Assembly (NCBI GenBank): GCA_950097015.1 | Contig: CATNEN010000038.1 | Location: 13,144,001 to 13,208,000 of the forward strand | Reading direction: 5' to 3' | From: Macrostomum hystrix | Taxonomy: Eukaryota > Animalia > Platyhelminthes | DNA length: 64,000 bases | Part shown: in pieces, positions 22,762 through 34,689 of the stretch | Numbering within the stretch: position 1 is the stretch's first letter | Layout of the letters: each line of letters begins with the position of its first letter | Notes under the pieces: generated by a model | What the model saw: only the letters and a program-made list of their open reading frames with translations | The model's database searches: none | Told to the model about the DNA's origin: nothing | Position numbers and translations under genes: made by a program

Positions 22762-23432
22762 TTGCTGCTGGGGGGGAATTAGTTCTTTGATGCTAGGGGG
22801 GAATTGGTTCTTTGCTGCTGGGGGGGAATTGGTTCTTTGCTGCTGGGGGTAATTAGTTCTCTGCTGCTGGGGGGAATTAGTTCTCTGCTGCTGGTTGGGG
22901 AATTAGTTCTCTGCTGCTAGGGGGGGAATTAGTTCTCTGCTGCTGGGGGGAAATTAGTTCTCTGCTGCTGGTTGGGGAATTAGTTCTCTGCTGCTGGGGG
23001 GGGGAATTAGTTCTCTGCTGCTGGGGGGGAATTAGTTCTCTGCTGCTGGGGGGAATTAGTTCTCTGCTGCTGGGGGGGGGATTTAGTTCTCTGCTGCTGG
23101 GGGGAAATTTGTTCTCTGTTGCTGGGGGGAATTAGTTCTCTGCTGCTGGGGGGGGGAATTAGTTCTCTGCTGCTGGGGGGAAATTAGTTCTCTGCTGCTG
23201 GGGGGGGAATTAGTTCTTTGCTGCTGGGGGGAATTAGTTCTTTGCTGCTGGGGGGGAATTAGTTCTCTGCTGCTGGGGGGAATTAGTTCTTTGCTGCTGG
23301 GGGGGGGATTAGTTCTCTGCTGCTGGGGGGGAATTAGTTCTCTGCTGCTGGAGGGAAATTAGTTATTTGCTACTGAGGGGACATTAGTTCTCTGCTGCTT
23401 GGGGGACATTGGTTTTTTACTGCTGAGGGGAT
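22762..23432. repeat. ~26-28-bp G-tract minisatellite (CTGCTGCTG6-8AATTAGTTCT)n
   Basis: ~25 units with variable G-run length. Confidence 0.95.
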
Positions 23433-25069
23433 AGTTTTCACATGTACCTCAGTAGCATTAAGCTGAGTTGTATCAAACGTAAGCTACTTGTGTAATTTTG
23501 CCCCAATGGGGCTCTTGGTGTACAGACCGGATGTCTCAGAATGTATTCAAGCTCAGACTGACTGTTTTTGTATTTAGTGAGAATTCAAATTCTCTTTGAT
23601 TCGCAATCACGTATATTCGCAATCAGGGAAATTATTACTGACGAAATAGGTTTTCGTTTTTGTTTGCTTTCAGGTGTGTTTTGTCCTTCTGCATTGCACA
23701 AGATTTTTTGTCTGACCAGTAGTGCTCCCCGAAGGGGGGCAAAACTTGCTAGTAAATAACTATAATTGAGTAAGAAGTTAAAAAGAAGTTCAAGTGTTGA
23801 GTCAGTAATTTGAGGCAGTGATGCTCTGATCCACAGAAAATGCCTAGCTAAGATAGGAGAATAAGAGACCTGTACTTTAGAAAGATAAACTGCTCATGCC
23901 AATTGATACACTAGGCCTACCAAGAGAGAGGAATATATTGTTAAGCCCTGTTACATTAAGCATGTTCAAAATATGCATAGGCCCTAGCTTTGTCTATCAG
24001 TCTTTAGGCCTACTCATATATGATGTTTTCTCCAACATTGTCCACTTTTTAGACTTTGTTATCATTATCACTCTTACTGATCTTGACCATTTTGGGCTTA
24101 GGTTTAGTAGCCATGAGATCACATGTATATTTTAGATAGGCCTATTATCTAAAATATTGATCATGACTGATCACAATATAAAATTGTTAGAGTAAAATAG
24201 AAGACTCTAATCAGTCCATGTATTGAACATAAAAAAATCATGAAATTTGGAGTTTGTAACAAAGACAGATAAACTTCTAATCAAAATTAATGCAAAATGT
24301 ATCTATATGAAAAAAATTGAAAGATGCTGTTCCATTTTTTTGACTACTTTTGACATAAGTAATTAAAAATAGCCAATTTTAAATGTTTTACAGCAGCATG
24401 AGAAATAATATACAGTGCTACAAATTTCTTATTACATTTTTTAGAAATTTTTAAGGAAAAACAGGTAACTGGAAATGCACACTGTTGGTAACAACTAGTT
24501 ACCATTATTTTTTTATACACATTCTTTTAAGTAATTGACAGGTTTTAGTGAGGTGTTTTCAGTGTGAACTATAAAAAGAAATAAACTTCAATACCATATA
24601 GGCATGGGCCCTATTAAATATTAATTATAGGATGGGTTGTGAGACTTTTGTATCTAGGCCTATCCAATCCAAACATACATGTATCGTATCAGAATCTATG
24701 AAGTTGATGACAAATGTGAATGTCAACTTCATTATTGCAATGCAGCTCATGTTTTAGCTAATATAATCATAAATAATTACTGTTCACGAAATTAGGTAAA
24801 TTCAGACAACTTGTTATTTTCTTATTTAAAAGCAAAATAGGCCTAACTATGAGCAATTTTGGGCATAGTTCTAGTTTACTTTGTTATAGGCTTTATTATT
24901 TCATAATTCTATTTACTTCGTTATATTAATTTTATGTATTTTCTTACTCTTACCACAACCCTTTCAGCCATTATGGCTGGTCGCCCAGCTGCAACGACAG
25001 TTAGGGCCTATTTGCCCTGCAAATGAAATTGTTAACGCTGCCTAACTTTTAAACTATAGGCCTACTAAT

Positions 25070-25293
25070 AGAAACTTCGGAATTCGCGAGATGGTGGAAG
25101 CCAGTCGGGATGAATTCACCACCATGAAGTGGCTTGCGAAGCATCACCTGATTTCCAACCAGGCGAGATGCACATGCACTGATGTGACATAGACATGCGT
25201 CTGCAACGCAGACAGGGAAGCATATTCGTCAACGGCTAGGCCTATACTTGGGCTTGCCGCTAATGTCGGGCGCAGCACTCCGTCACACGCGGA
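25070..25293 (+). pseudogene. Degenerate Merlin/ISXO2-like transposase N-terminal zinc-ribbon fragment
   Basis: Manual translation across a frameshift: ...MKWLAKHHLISNQARCTC.../MRLQRRQ...NG*AYTWACR*CRAQHSVTRG, matching the WL..L..C.C..M.L..W.C..C..S.R.G pattern. Confidence 0.5.
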
Positions 25294-25671
25294 TAAAATA
25301 AAACAGGGTAAAATAATTTAACGAAGGGCAGAATAATACTATAACAGTGTATTTTTAGTTTTTGTTTCATTAAGCAACCAACCAAGCAAGCAAGCAAGCA
25401 TTTCATTTTTAGTATAGTGGATAAATACGTTTCGTTGTAAATATGTTTTCTATAAAATGCGTAAAAATATATGTAATGAAATAATTAGTCTATTTTAAAT
25501 TGTTAGTAAAATCAAAATATTTCTTGTGTACTGTTATTACAACTAAATTTATGCCAAATCATCTTCTCATATAACCGGTATTTTCGTACGGATGTTTTGT
25601 ATTAATTATGTATTCAGTATTTGTTTAAACTAAGCTTGACAAGTTAAATATAAAGTGACAACCCCCAGTTG

Positions 25672-27615
25672 GGGTGTGTATAATCTATGGGTCTGGGCCA
25701 GCGGCGTATCTAGGATTTTAAAATGGGGGGGATAAATTTACAATTTCAACTATCAGAGAAATAAGTCTCATACTGCTGCTAAAAAACTGAAATAAGCTTT
25801 TGTAGTCCATTTGCAGACAACCATTTCGCAACCTTTTTAATTACTTTGTTATACATTTATGGCAAAAATATGGAGTAATGATAATGAATTTATTGACGCT
25901 CATTGAAAAATGACTCCGCAGAAAAGGGTATTTGATGAAGGGAAAATAAGAGGGGGGTCCGGGGGGCTATGCCCCCCGGTGGAAAAATTTCTGGTGGGTG
26001 AAGAGGAAAAGTGATGGGAAAGTTGACTGAAAAAATGAATAATTCAGAACATCATTGTGCCGAATAACGACATTACGACTATGACATTCCGCCATAACGT
26101 TCGTCTTCGACTTTTCGTGGGTTGGTGACACTCTTCGGTCGGCGAAATGGGGGGGGATATATCCCCGTATCCCCCCCTAGATACGCCACTGGTCTGGGCA
26201 CACTGGGCTCACTGGGTTTAAAATAATAAAACAAAGTATATAAGTTCGAAAAATTACTAAAGGTTATTCTGATATAACAGTAAGAAAATCACCTACAATA
26301 CACATTTTCGTATTCTAATTTGTAATCTTGCGCTATTTTTTGCTGACACTTGATTTTGGCGTATTTTAATTTTCTTTAGCGTGCCAAAAGCGAAAGCTGA
26401 AACTATAAGGCCGCCATAGCATGTAAAATTTACAACTAATTAAATTGTATTAATTTAAATTTAATTATAATTTATTAAATTTAATTTAATTTAAATAATG
26501 GTTTTCATTTATGTATACTTTTATAAAGCATACTGTCTTTGCATATTAATCCACTATACTGTAATACTAGATACATTTTACCGCAGCTAGGCATTTTATA
26601 TAAAAAAATTGTAAATCTAAACTCAAACTCAAAATCAAAACGAGGCCATCAACAAATCTGCCATACTCGAATATTGTGCATTGTCGAACTAAGCGCGGTG
26701 CATTTAAGTGCTATCGCGAAAAACAAAACATTGTAATAAAAACAACAATGTACAGTGTTTTGATAATAGTGCATCCTCAGAGTGTTTAGTGCACGGGCGT
26801 CGGCTTTCAAACAGTCGCTGAAACGGCGATGACAAAAGAATTGACACGAACCACATGGGCTGGAATTATAGAAAGTGTTAGCCATTTTTTGTTTTGTTTC
26901 TAAGTTTTTTTGTACACTAGGCATTTTAATTTTTTTATTAAAACATTTGTTTCGAAATGTAACTTGTACGTTTTCAATGTTTTTGTCTTAAAGTTTTTTA
27001 CACACTTAGCATTTCAGCATACTTTATTTAAATTGTGCGGATATTGCTACATTTTTTGTATTTCTACGGTTCTGTTTTTTTGTTTTTTTCTTTTCTAACC
27101 AGTCGGCAAATATTTTCCTATTTGCTGGGCTCCGCAAATTAGTTTTAACTTTCTAGTCAGCTCTATATGTGTTCCACAGCGTATGTATTATCCTTACTTT
27201 TGTTGGTAAATATACGTAATTGGCAGCTTGTTGGCACGGATTTTTTTCCATGCCTTTTTCTTTAACAGAAACTATTAGAAACAAAAATCATTACAAAGTA
27301 AATCATTTTTATAATTTACCAGCAAACAAGTTGAGTTATTACTACAGCTTTCTCGGTGCTTTTCGAGAAAAAGTAAAGCTTTCAGTTGATTTACAAATTT
27401 TATCAAAAAGGAAGTTGAAAATCGTTGTTAAAACATTTGAGTTATCAAATAAAGACGTAGCAATTTAAAATAAACGTTTTTGAAAATAAATTTTTTTTCT
27501 ACTTTTCTCTTCTTGCATTGAACGCTGATAAAGGTAAAGAAATGTATTTTTTGTTATAATGTTTCAAACCCAGTGGTCCCAGTGTGCCCATTGCGAGCCC
27601 ATGTTTTATACACCC
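25672..27615. mobile_element. Non-autonomous TIR element of uncertain superfamily
   Basis: Imperfect TIRs GGGTGT(GT)ATAA...GGGCACACTGGG..CACTGGGTTT at both ends, flanked by AGTTG (25667-25671 and 27616-27620). The left TIR is split by a hAT MITE. Confidence 0.6.
25699..26191. mobile_element. hAT-type MITE
   Basis: TIRs CAGCGGCGTATCTAGG / CCTAGATACGCCACTG; perfect 8-bp TSD GTCTGGGC. Confidence 0.9.
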
Positions 27616-27769
27616 AGTTGCAACCGGTTTTCTGACTCGCGCGCGCGCATCGAGATTCAAGCCATTAAGTTTAGATAGGCCTAATTATTAGAATCAGATT
27701 GGAACGTTAGTCTGGAATCTAAGTATATAACTTGCTGCAACTAATTTTGACCTAGAATGATTTAGAATT

Positions 27770-28140
27770 AGGGAACAGCGCATGCGTCAGCAAATCGGCA
27801 TTTCTAAATTCTAGTGGACATAAACAATTAACTATTACCAATTACATTATACTGGACTGCAACCTTTAACGTCTTACAATTTATTTTAAATGGCGACCAC
27901 CGACCAATAATTTCATTACATATATAAAAATTAAAAGCGCGCCAAAAAAAACAATTTGCTTAATTTTTTACCGTAACAAAAATAATACTGTATACAAATA
28001 TTTTGTTTTAATTTGTACCGTATGCACAATGCTGGCACCCGTGTTGACAGAGATAGGGTCTAAGAAACAGTAATCGAACATGTGCGACGGTCGCCTAATA
28101 GGCAACTCCGAACATGTTCTTTGTTCCGAGAACATGTTCT
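27770..28140. promoter_or_regulatory. Candidate promoter motif cluster (NRF1-, YY1-, E2F-like; p53-like pair)
   Basis: GCGCATGCG 27778, AAATGGCG 27888, GCGCGCCAAA 27937, GAACATGTTC at 28110 and 28130. Motif matches only. Confidence 0.35.
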
Positions 28141-28215
28141 TTTAAATTAATAAGGCTACTTAATGTATTTTAATGAATTAATGAACATGAAGAAAAAACT
28201 ATATGCCTTCCTTGG

Positions 28216-28314
28216 CATGAGGTCAACAAACAAGACAGAGTTAAACCCATACTATGTCTAGTATGGTTTAACACACACACATGGTTTAACTCTGTCTTGT
28301 TTGTTGACCTCATG
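28216..28314. repeat. Perfect 32-bp inverted repeat (mini fold-back / MITE-like hairpin)
   Basis: CATGAGGTCAACAAACAAGACAGAGTTAAACC ... GGTTTAACTCTGTCTTGTTTGTTGACCTCATG. Confidence 0.9.
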
Positions 28315-28316
28315 AC

Positions 28317-28558
28317 CTTCTGTGTCCAGCGCGAAAAATCCTCTCCACCGTCGTACTGCTGGATAATGTCGCTGAATTTGACTGCGCTTGCCATCGTTGC
28401 GTATTGCCGCGATAGCTTGTGGTCTAGTGTATTTGGGTAAATAGCAAAGCCCAGGTTACTACAAACGCTAGAGTCGCAAACGCTCTTAACGCGGTCCTCG
28501 CAATCAAACAGGTAGAACGAATTGTCTATGGGATATTTAGCTGCAAAGGTCAAATATA
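28317..28558 (-). mobile_element. Diverged LTR segment plus gag N-terminus related to the 16270-16470 LTR
   Basis: The reverse complement of 28418-28558 aligns to LTR positions ~16316-16454 and is followed by ATG MASAVKFSDIIQQYDGGEDFSRWTQK, a gag-like start. Confidence 0.75.
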
Positions 28559-28780
28559 CCTTTTTACGTTCTATTTGATAAAAACGGCAACCAATTTGGC
28601 CACGGCTCAGCCTGACGCAGCCGCAGCAATTTTCCATAGACAGCCGCCGCTAGCAGCAACCAATTTGGTAAAAACTGCGAGCTATTTTGCCAGCTTGAAG
28701 ATAGCAGCTCACTGCTGTATTTGACCTGCCCTGTCAACAGCAGTAGCGAAATAGGGAGCTATAGCATAACAATAACGATA

Positions 28781-28903
28781 AAGAATGATAACAGTATGTC
28801 CTCAGTCAGAAGTCAGAACCCGAATTCATAACATTAAGAATGATAACAGTATGTCCTCAGTCAGAAGTCCGAACACGAATTCATAACATTAAGAATGATA
28901 ACA
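28781..28903. repeat. 55-bp tandem duplication (~2.2 copies), probably a terminal region of the adjacent Tc1-like relic
   Basis: AAGAATGATAACAGTATGTCCTCAGTCAGAAGTC.GAAC.CGAATTCATAACATT twice plus a partial third. Confidence 0.85.
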
Positions 28904-28914
28904 ATATGATAACA

Positions 28915-29149
28915 ATTGAACAATGGTGTCCACCATAGCCTCCGTCAGCGCCATCCTCTTCACTCCTCCTTTTGGCAGAGTGCCAACTCTACTAGTTCGT
29001 TCATACGTGATCACGATGTTCCTCACTGTCGGTTTCTTCATACCCATCATTCTGCCAAGCTCTCTCCAGTCGTCGCCATTCCTGTACGCTCTCACAATTC
29101 GCTCTCGATCCAGCTGACTTATCTTTTGGTACGGCCCACGATTCGCCAT
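28915..29149 (-). pseudogene. IS630/Tc1-like transposase N-terminal HTH fragment abutting the satellite
   Basis: MANRGPYQKISQLDRERIV...LPKGG...LTEAMVDTI, homologous to the N-termini at 7866 and 3433. Confidence 0.8.
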
Positions 29150-30704
29150 CAGAGTGATGATAAGAATGATAAGATGATATCTTCAAGCTATCGCAGCCCA
29201 ACGCGATCCACGAGTGCAGCTAGCCATATCGTGTTCACAGAGCAAGCAACAAGCTTCAGATGCATCTGCCTACAGGGGTGTGTTTTAACGCACTTTTTAA
29301 TCAGGAAAACAAACTTGATCTCTAGAATATTAGCAATATACATAAAATATGAGTATGACGCGATGTGTGCCAGCACATGTTCATTTACACTTGTTCATGA
29401 ATAGGCGTGCATCAAAACACTTTATAGTCAAACAGGCTAGCTAAAGCTGCAAAAGTTATTTCTGTACTTCTTTAGCAGCCCAACGCTATCCGCGAGAGCA
29501 GCTAGTTATAGCGTGTTAACATCGCAAGCAACAAGCTTTAGCTAGATCTGCTGACAGGGGGAGTGTCAACGATCTTTTCAATCGAGAAAACGAGCTAGAA
29601 CCTTATATTTAGAATATTAGCCATATACCTGAAATATGAGGTTGACGTGATGTGTGCCAGCAGCACGCGTTAAGCTCTTCAAGCACGTGAGCAAGGTGCT
29701 CTAATTGTTCTTTACACTTGAATCAACCCGCTTGTCACTGTCAAGCAGGCTAGCTGGATCTGCAAATGTAATTTAGTGCTGCTATCGTAGCGCAACGCGA
29801 TCCACGAGTGCAGCTAGCCATATCGTGTTCACAGAGCAGGCAACAAGCTTCAGAAGCATCTGCCTACAGGGGTGTGTTTTAACGCACTTTTTAATCAGGA
29901 AAACAAACTTGATCTCTAGAATATTAGCAATATACATAAAATATGAGTATGACGCGATGTGTGCCAGCACATGTTCATTTACACTTGTTCATGAATAGGC
30001 GTGCATCAAAACACTTTATAGTCAAACAGGCTAGCTAAAGCTGCAAAAGTTATTTCTGTACTTCTTTAGCAGCCCAACGCTATCCGCGAGAGCAGCTAGT
30101 TATAGCGTGTTAACATCGCAAGCAACAAGCTTTAGCTAGATCTGCTGACAGGGGGAGTGTCAACGATCTTTTCAATCGAGAAAACGAGCTAGAACCTTAT
30201 ATTTAGAATATTAGCCATATACCTGAAATATGAGGTTGACGTGATGTGTGCCAGCAGCACGCGTTAAGCTCTTCAAGCACGTGAGCAAGGTGCTCTAATT
30301 GTTCTTTACACTTGAATCAACCCGCTTGTCACTGTCAAGCAGGCTAGCTGGATCTGCAAATGTAATTTAGTGCTGCTATCGTAGCGCAACGCGATCCACG
30401 AGTGCAGCTAGCCATATCGTGTTCACAGAGCAGGCAACAAGCTTCAGAAGCATCTGCCTACAGGGGTGTGTTTTAACGCACTTTTTAATCAGGAAAACAA
30501 ACTTGATCTCTAGAATATTAGCAATATACCTAAAATATGAGTATGACGCGATGTGTGCCAGCACATGTTCATTTACACTTGACTTACTTGACTTGACTTA
30601 TCTGCAGGGTGCTCCGTACCGACGGACGCAGCGAGGAGGCGGAGGGGACCGCCCATTCCGCTAACCCCTGGCAAACCAGACGACCTCAGGAGAGGTGGTG
30701 TTGC

Positions 30705-33700
30705 TCAGGGTGGCCCGTCGGACTCGCCTGCAGCATGGTCCTCCGCACTGTCAGTGGGAAAGACGTTGGCTCGCCCCGTATCCCGGAGGTACCGGGCAAG
30801 CTGAGGGATGCTCTCGGGCCTGCAAACATCGGAGAGAGTTGGGTTTGGCCCAAGGTGTTCAAGCCTAGCCCTGGTGAAAACTGGGCAGTGGCATATAAAG
30901 TGTTCGGCGTTTTCACTGCCCGAGCTACAGAATGTGCAATTGTCCTCCTGGAGCTGGCCCTGGAGAAAGCGGTGTCGAGAGAAACAGCCATGCCCTGAGA
31001 GGGCCATGCTGACTGCGCGGAGATCTCTGCGGTTCAGCCTTAGGAGGGCTTTGCGCAGGCGGTGAGACGGACATGGTACCGCTGCCCTGGACTGCTTGCA
31101 GTTTTGGGTCTTGGTCCATCTGTCCAGGTGCTGTGCCTCCATCCAGCGTTTCAGCTTGATGTTGGTCACAGTGGCGGGGATAGGAGCGCCAGGTTCTGGC
31201 CCAGCCAGGGTGCTGGCTGCTCCAGCTTTTGCGAGCTGGTCCGCCATCTCATTCCCTGGGAAGCCAGCGTGACCTGGGATCCATTTGAGCTTGACCTCAT
31301 TGGCCCGCGCCAACTCGTTGAGCTGGGCGTTGCAGTCCAAGGTGGTCTTAGAGCAGGTGGTGTTTCGGTCGAGGGCCCGGAGGGCGGCTTGACTGTCGGA
31401 GTGGAAAAATATCTTCCGGTCAGTGAGCCCCCTCTGGCGCATCTCTGCTGCACATGAACTGATGGCGAGCATCTCGTTCTGAAAAACGCTGGAGTTTTTC
31501 CCCGTGTGCTGGGAGTGAGTCCAGACGACCTCTCCTCCCTTGTAGATACAGGCTCCGAATCCTGAGATTCCGTTCATGAGGGAGCCGTCGGTATAACAGT
31601 GGATTTCAGAGTCGGTCCAGCTGTCGTTTGCCTCCTGGCGAGGCTGAATTTCGACCTTGTACCTGTGGCTCAGGGTCAGAGTGGCGGGTATAGCATCGGA
31701 GAGGATGTGGAGCCCTTCGCACTCGCCCAGAATCTTGAGGCACAGATCGGAGTGGGGAGTGAGAGAGCGCTTTTTGAAGGCCCTCGAGAATTTGAACGTC
31801 ACGCCGGCATCCATAAGGCGCCTGGTGGTCTTCGCGGCCTCTCCCTTGACGAAGATGTCCAAAGGAGTGGCTCCCAGGAAGGCGTTCATGCCTTCGAAGG
31901 GATTGGAGGGTGAGGCGCCCATGGTCATGCGACAGGCTCTGCCCTGCACCCTGTAAAGCGCATCCAGGTTTCCCTGGATACTCGTGGCGCTAGCCCATAT
32001 GAGGCTGGCGTACGAGATCGAGGGTCTGATGATCGTTGTGTAGATCCACCAGAGCTTCTGGGGAGTGAGGCCCCAAGTGGTGCCAACGGCTCGCCTGACT
32101 TGCGCCAGTATCGCCAGGGCCCTCTTGGTTTTGAAACGGAGGTGGTGACTCCAGTTTAGCCTATGGTCCAAGATCAAACCAAGGCAACGAGTTTGCTTGC
32201 TCATGGCGTTGTCCTTGCCGTAGAGAGTGAGGGGTTTCATGGTCCAACGCAGCTTGCTGGTAAACATGATCGCCACGGTCTTGGACTCGGAGAGTCTGAG
32301 CCCGCAGCGGGTCGCCCAGCTTACTGCTCTGTTGATGAAACTCTGGATGAGGTCTCTAATGGTGTCCGCTGAAGGTCCCGCGCAGGTGGCGGTCACATCG
32401 TCAGCGTATCCCACTTTTTGGACCGGATCTGGCTGAGCATCCTCAAGCAGCTCATCCATGACAAGGTTCCAAAGGAGAGGAGTAAGAACCCCGCCCTGAG
32501 GGCCCCCTTTCTGGACTGGTGCAGAAAGCGAGTGTCCATTGAGGTTGGCCACCACAGAGCGGTGCTGGATCATGTACATAATCCAGCGGACAAGGTGGGG
32601 GTGCGTGGCCCTAGATTCAAGGGCTCTGCGAAACGCTTCGAAACGGACGTTGTCGAAGGCCCCCTCGATATCGAGGAAAACTGAGAGGGCGAAGCTGTTA
32701 CCCAGCACAGCCCTTTCCAGCTTTTCCACGATGGAGTGGAGGGCGCTCTCAGTGGACCTGCCAGCCCTAAAAGCGTGCTGGTTCTGAGAGAGAGGGAAGC
32801 GCTTGAGTTCCACTGAGAGGAGGCGCCAGAGCACCAGTCTCTCAAGCAGCTTCAGAAAGGAGGAAGTCAGGCTGATAGGCCTTGACTGATTGATAGTCGT
32901 CTTTTGCGGGCTTGGGAAGGAAGACCACGCGGGCCTCCCTCCAAGTTGCTGGTACGTAGCCCAGCTCCACGCAGGCCCGCAGAAGCTGACAGAAAATGTC
33001 CAGGAAGCAGGGGTTTTTTACTGCCTCGTGTAGGAACACCGGGTAAATGCCGTCCGGACCCGGAGCTTTGTACGGATTGAAGGACTTTGCCGCTCGTATG
33101 ATGCGGTCTTTGGTGACGAGAGACTTTGCTAGGCCTTGCCCGCCCACAGTGTGGTCTGGCTGGCCCTGCGCTGTCTGGTTGCTGGGGAAGAAATGCCCGA
33201 GCATTAACTGGAGCGTCTCTTCTGGTGTATCTGTGGTGGACCCATCAGGTCTCTTAACCACGGATAGTTTGGAGAAGCGGTCTTGAGTGAGCGCTTTTAC
33301 CACTCGGGCAGTGGGGCGGGAGCCCTCAAGCCCTTCGCAGTATTGGCGCCATTTTGCCACTTTTGCCCTTCTGACCTGGCCCTTGAACTCATGGCTGGCA
33401 TGAACATAGGCTTCTCTGTCTTCAGGGGTCCTGGTTTTTTGAAATCTCCTCTGCAGAGCCTTGGCTCGTTTTCTCAGGATTCCGAGCTCGGGGTTCCACC
33501 AGGGGGCAGATTTCTTGCCTTTATAGGCTTTGAGGGGACAGGCCGCCTCATAGGCATCGATGACCGTGCCTCCAAGCTTGGAGGCTATTTCGTCAACAAT
33601 GTCGCAGTTTGTGATGTCACCCGGAGTGCCGAAATTGCGCAGGCCCCTGCTCAGCTCAAGGCCGAACCTGGTCCAGTCGGTGTTTCGGACGTTCCTGCTC

Positions 33701-34398
33701 CAGGTGATGGTTTTCTTCGGGGTAGCACTAGCAACCTCGAAGCGGATAAAACGATGGTCTGAGAGGGATTCCTCTTCTCCCCACACTCTCCATCCGGATA
33801 TCCTGGCGAGGACGCCCGGGGAGGCGAGGGTGACGTCGAGTACCTCCGACCAGCGGCCATTGTCGAAAGTAGGGGTGCTTCCGGCATTGCAGAAGTTAAG
33901 GTTTGTGCCGCCGACGAAAGCGAGAAGCTCTTCGCCGCGGTCGTTGATGTTCTTACTACCCCAGTGCGTGTGGTGTGCGTTCACATCACCGGCAATGAGG
34001 AGCTCGAAGTTGTGCGCATGCACGTAGTCGCAGAGAGCTACCAACGCATCGCTGACCGTGGGGGCATCTCCTGGCAGGTACACCGATGCCACCAGAGTAG
34101 ATTTACGCTGCACAAGGTGCAGGGTTTGGATCACGCAGATGTCCCCGGTGGAAAGGTCGGGTCTCATCCACGCTTTTAGAGAATTCGCAGCAAAGATCAG
34201 CGATCTGGGGCGAGGGGTATCCGCCATGCAAAAACAGTCAAATCCCGAAGGTACATTTGTAGACTTACCTTTGGAAAGCCATGGCTCCTGAACAAAAATG
34301 AGGCTCGGGAGCGTGCGCTCAGCCGTGCGCATCAGGTTAACCGATGCCGCCACGCAGTGCTGAGTGTTTATTTGGAGGCAGCAAAGATTTTCAATCAT
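30705..34398 (-). pseudogene. LINE ORF2 (AP endonuclease, RT, RNase H, C-terminal Zn finger) with one frameshift at ~32880
   Basis: QEPW, GDVNAH, SDHR (APE); APWWN, KAPGPDG, PQGGVLTP, YADD (RT); YTDGS, SDSQAAL, WIPGH..GNE.AD (RNase H); C..C..EH..C.C. Confidence 0.92.
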
Positions 34399-34689
34399 TG
34401 ATGGTCCTCCGGTTTCTGAGGGGATTGGGCCAGAAGGCCCTCTTCCTCCTCTTCAGTGATGGGGAGAAAACGGGGGCAGCCGGTTTCCATGGGCTCCTCC
34501 TCAAGGTTTGGCTCCTGACCTGCGGGCGGGCATTGGGCATCCTGAGGTGCCCGATTTCCTCCCACAGCGGAGCCCACCATCTGAGTGGTGCCCACTGTCT
34601 CGGTGAGAGCCCCGCCCTGGGCAACTTGGCGTGGTCCCCGAGGTCCCTGCTCTACGGAGCTGGGCCCATCGGTGGCGCCGCCAGTCTCC

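Larger units (their letters stand above)
20953..23752 (+). mobile_element. Non-autonomous Helitron-like element carrying two minisatellites
   Basis: 5' TC(TC)TTATATACTAAAA, then GGTT microsatellite and CCGAACGGCTCAACCGATTTT; 3' hairpin CCCCGAAGGGG followed by CTAG|T; no TIRs. Confidence 0.65.

Noticed and set aside
24945-25050. Structured GC-rich patch as an ncRNA
   Set aside because: Too short to classify; it ends in a TAAGAGTAAG-like tail on the minus strand, so it is more likely a truncated retroposon 3' end.
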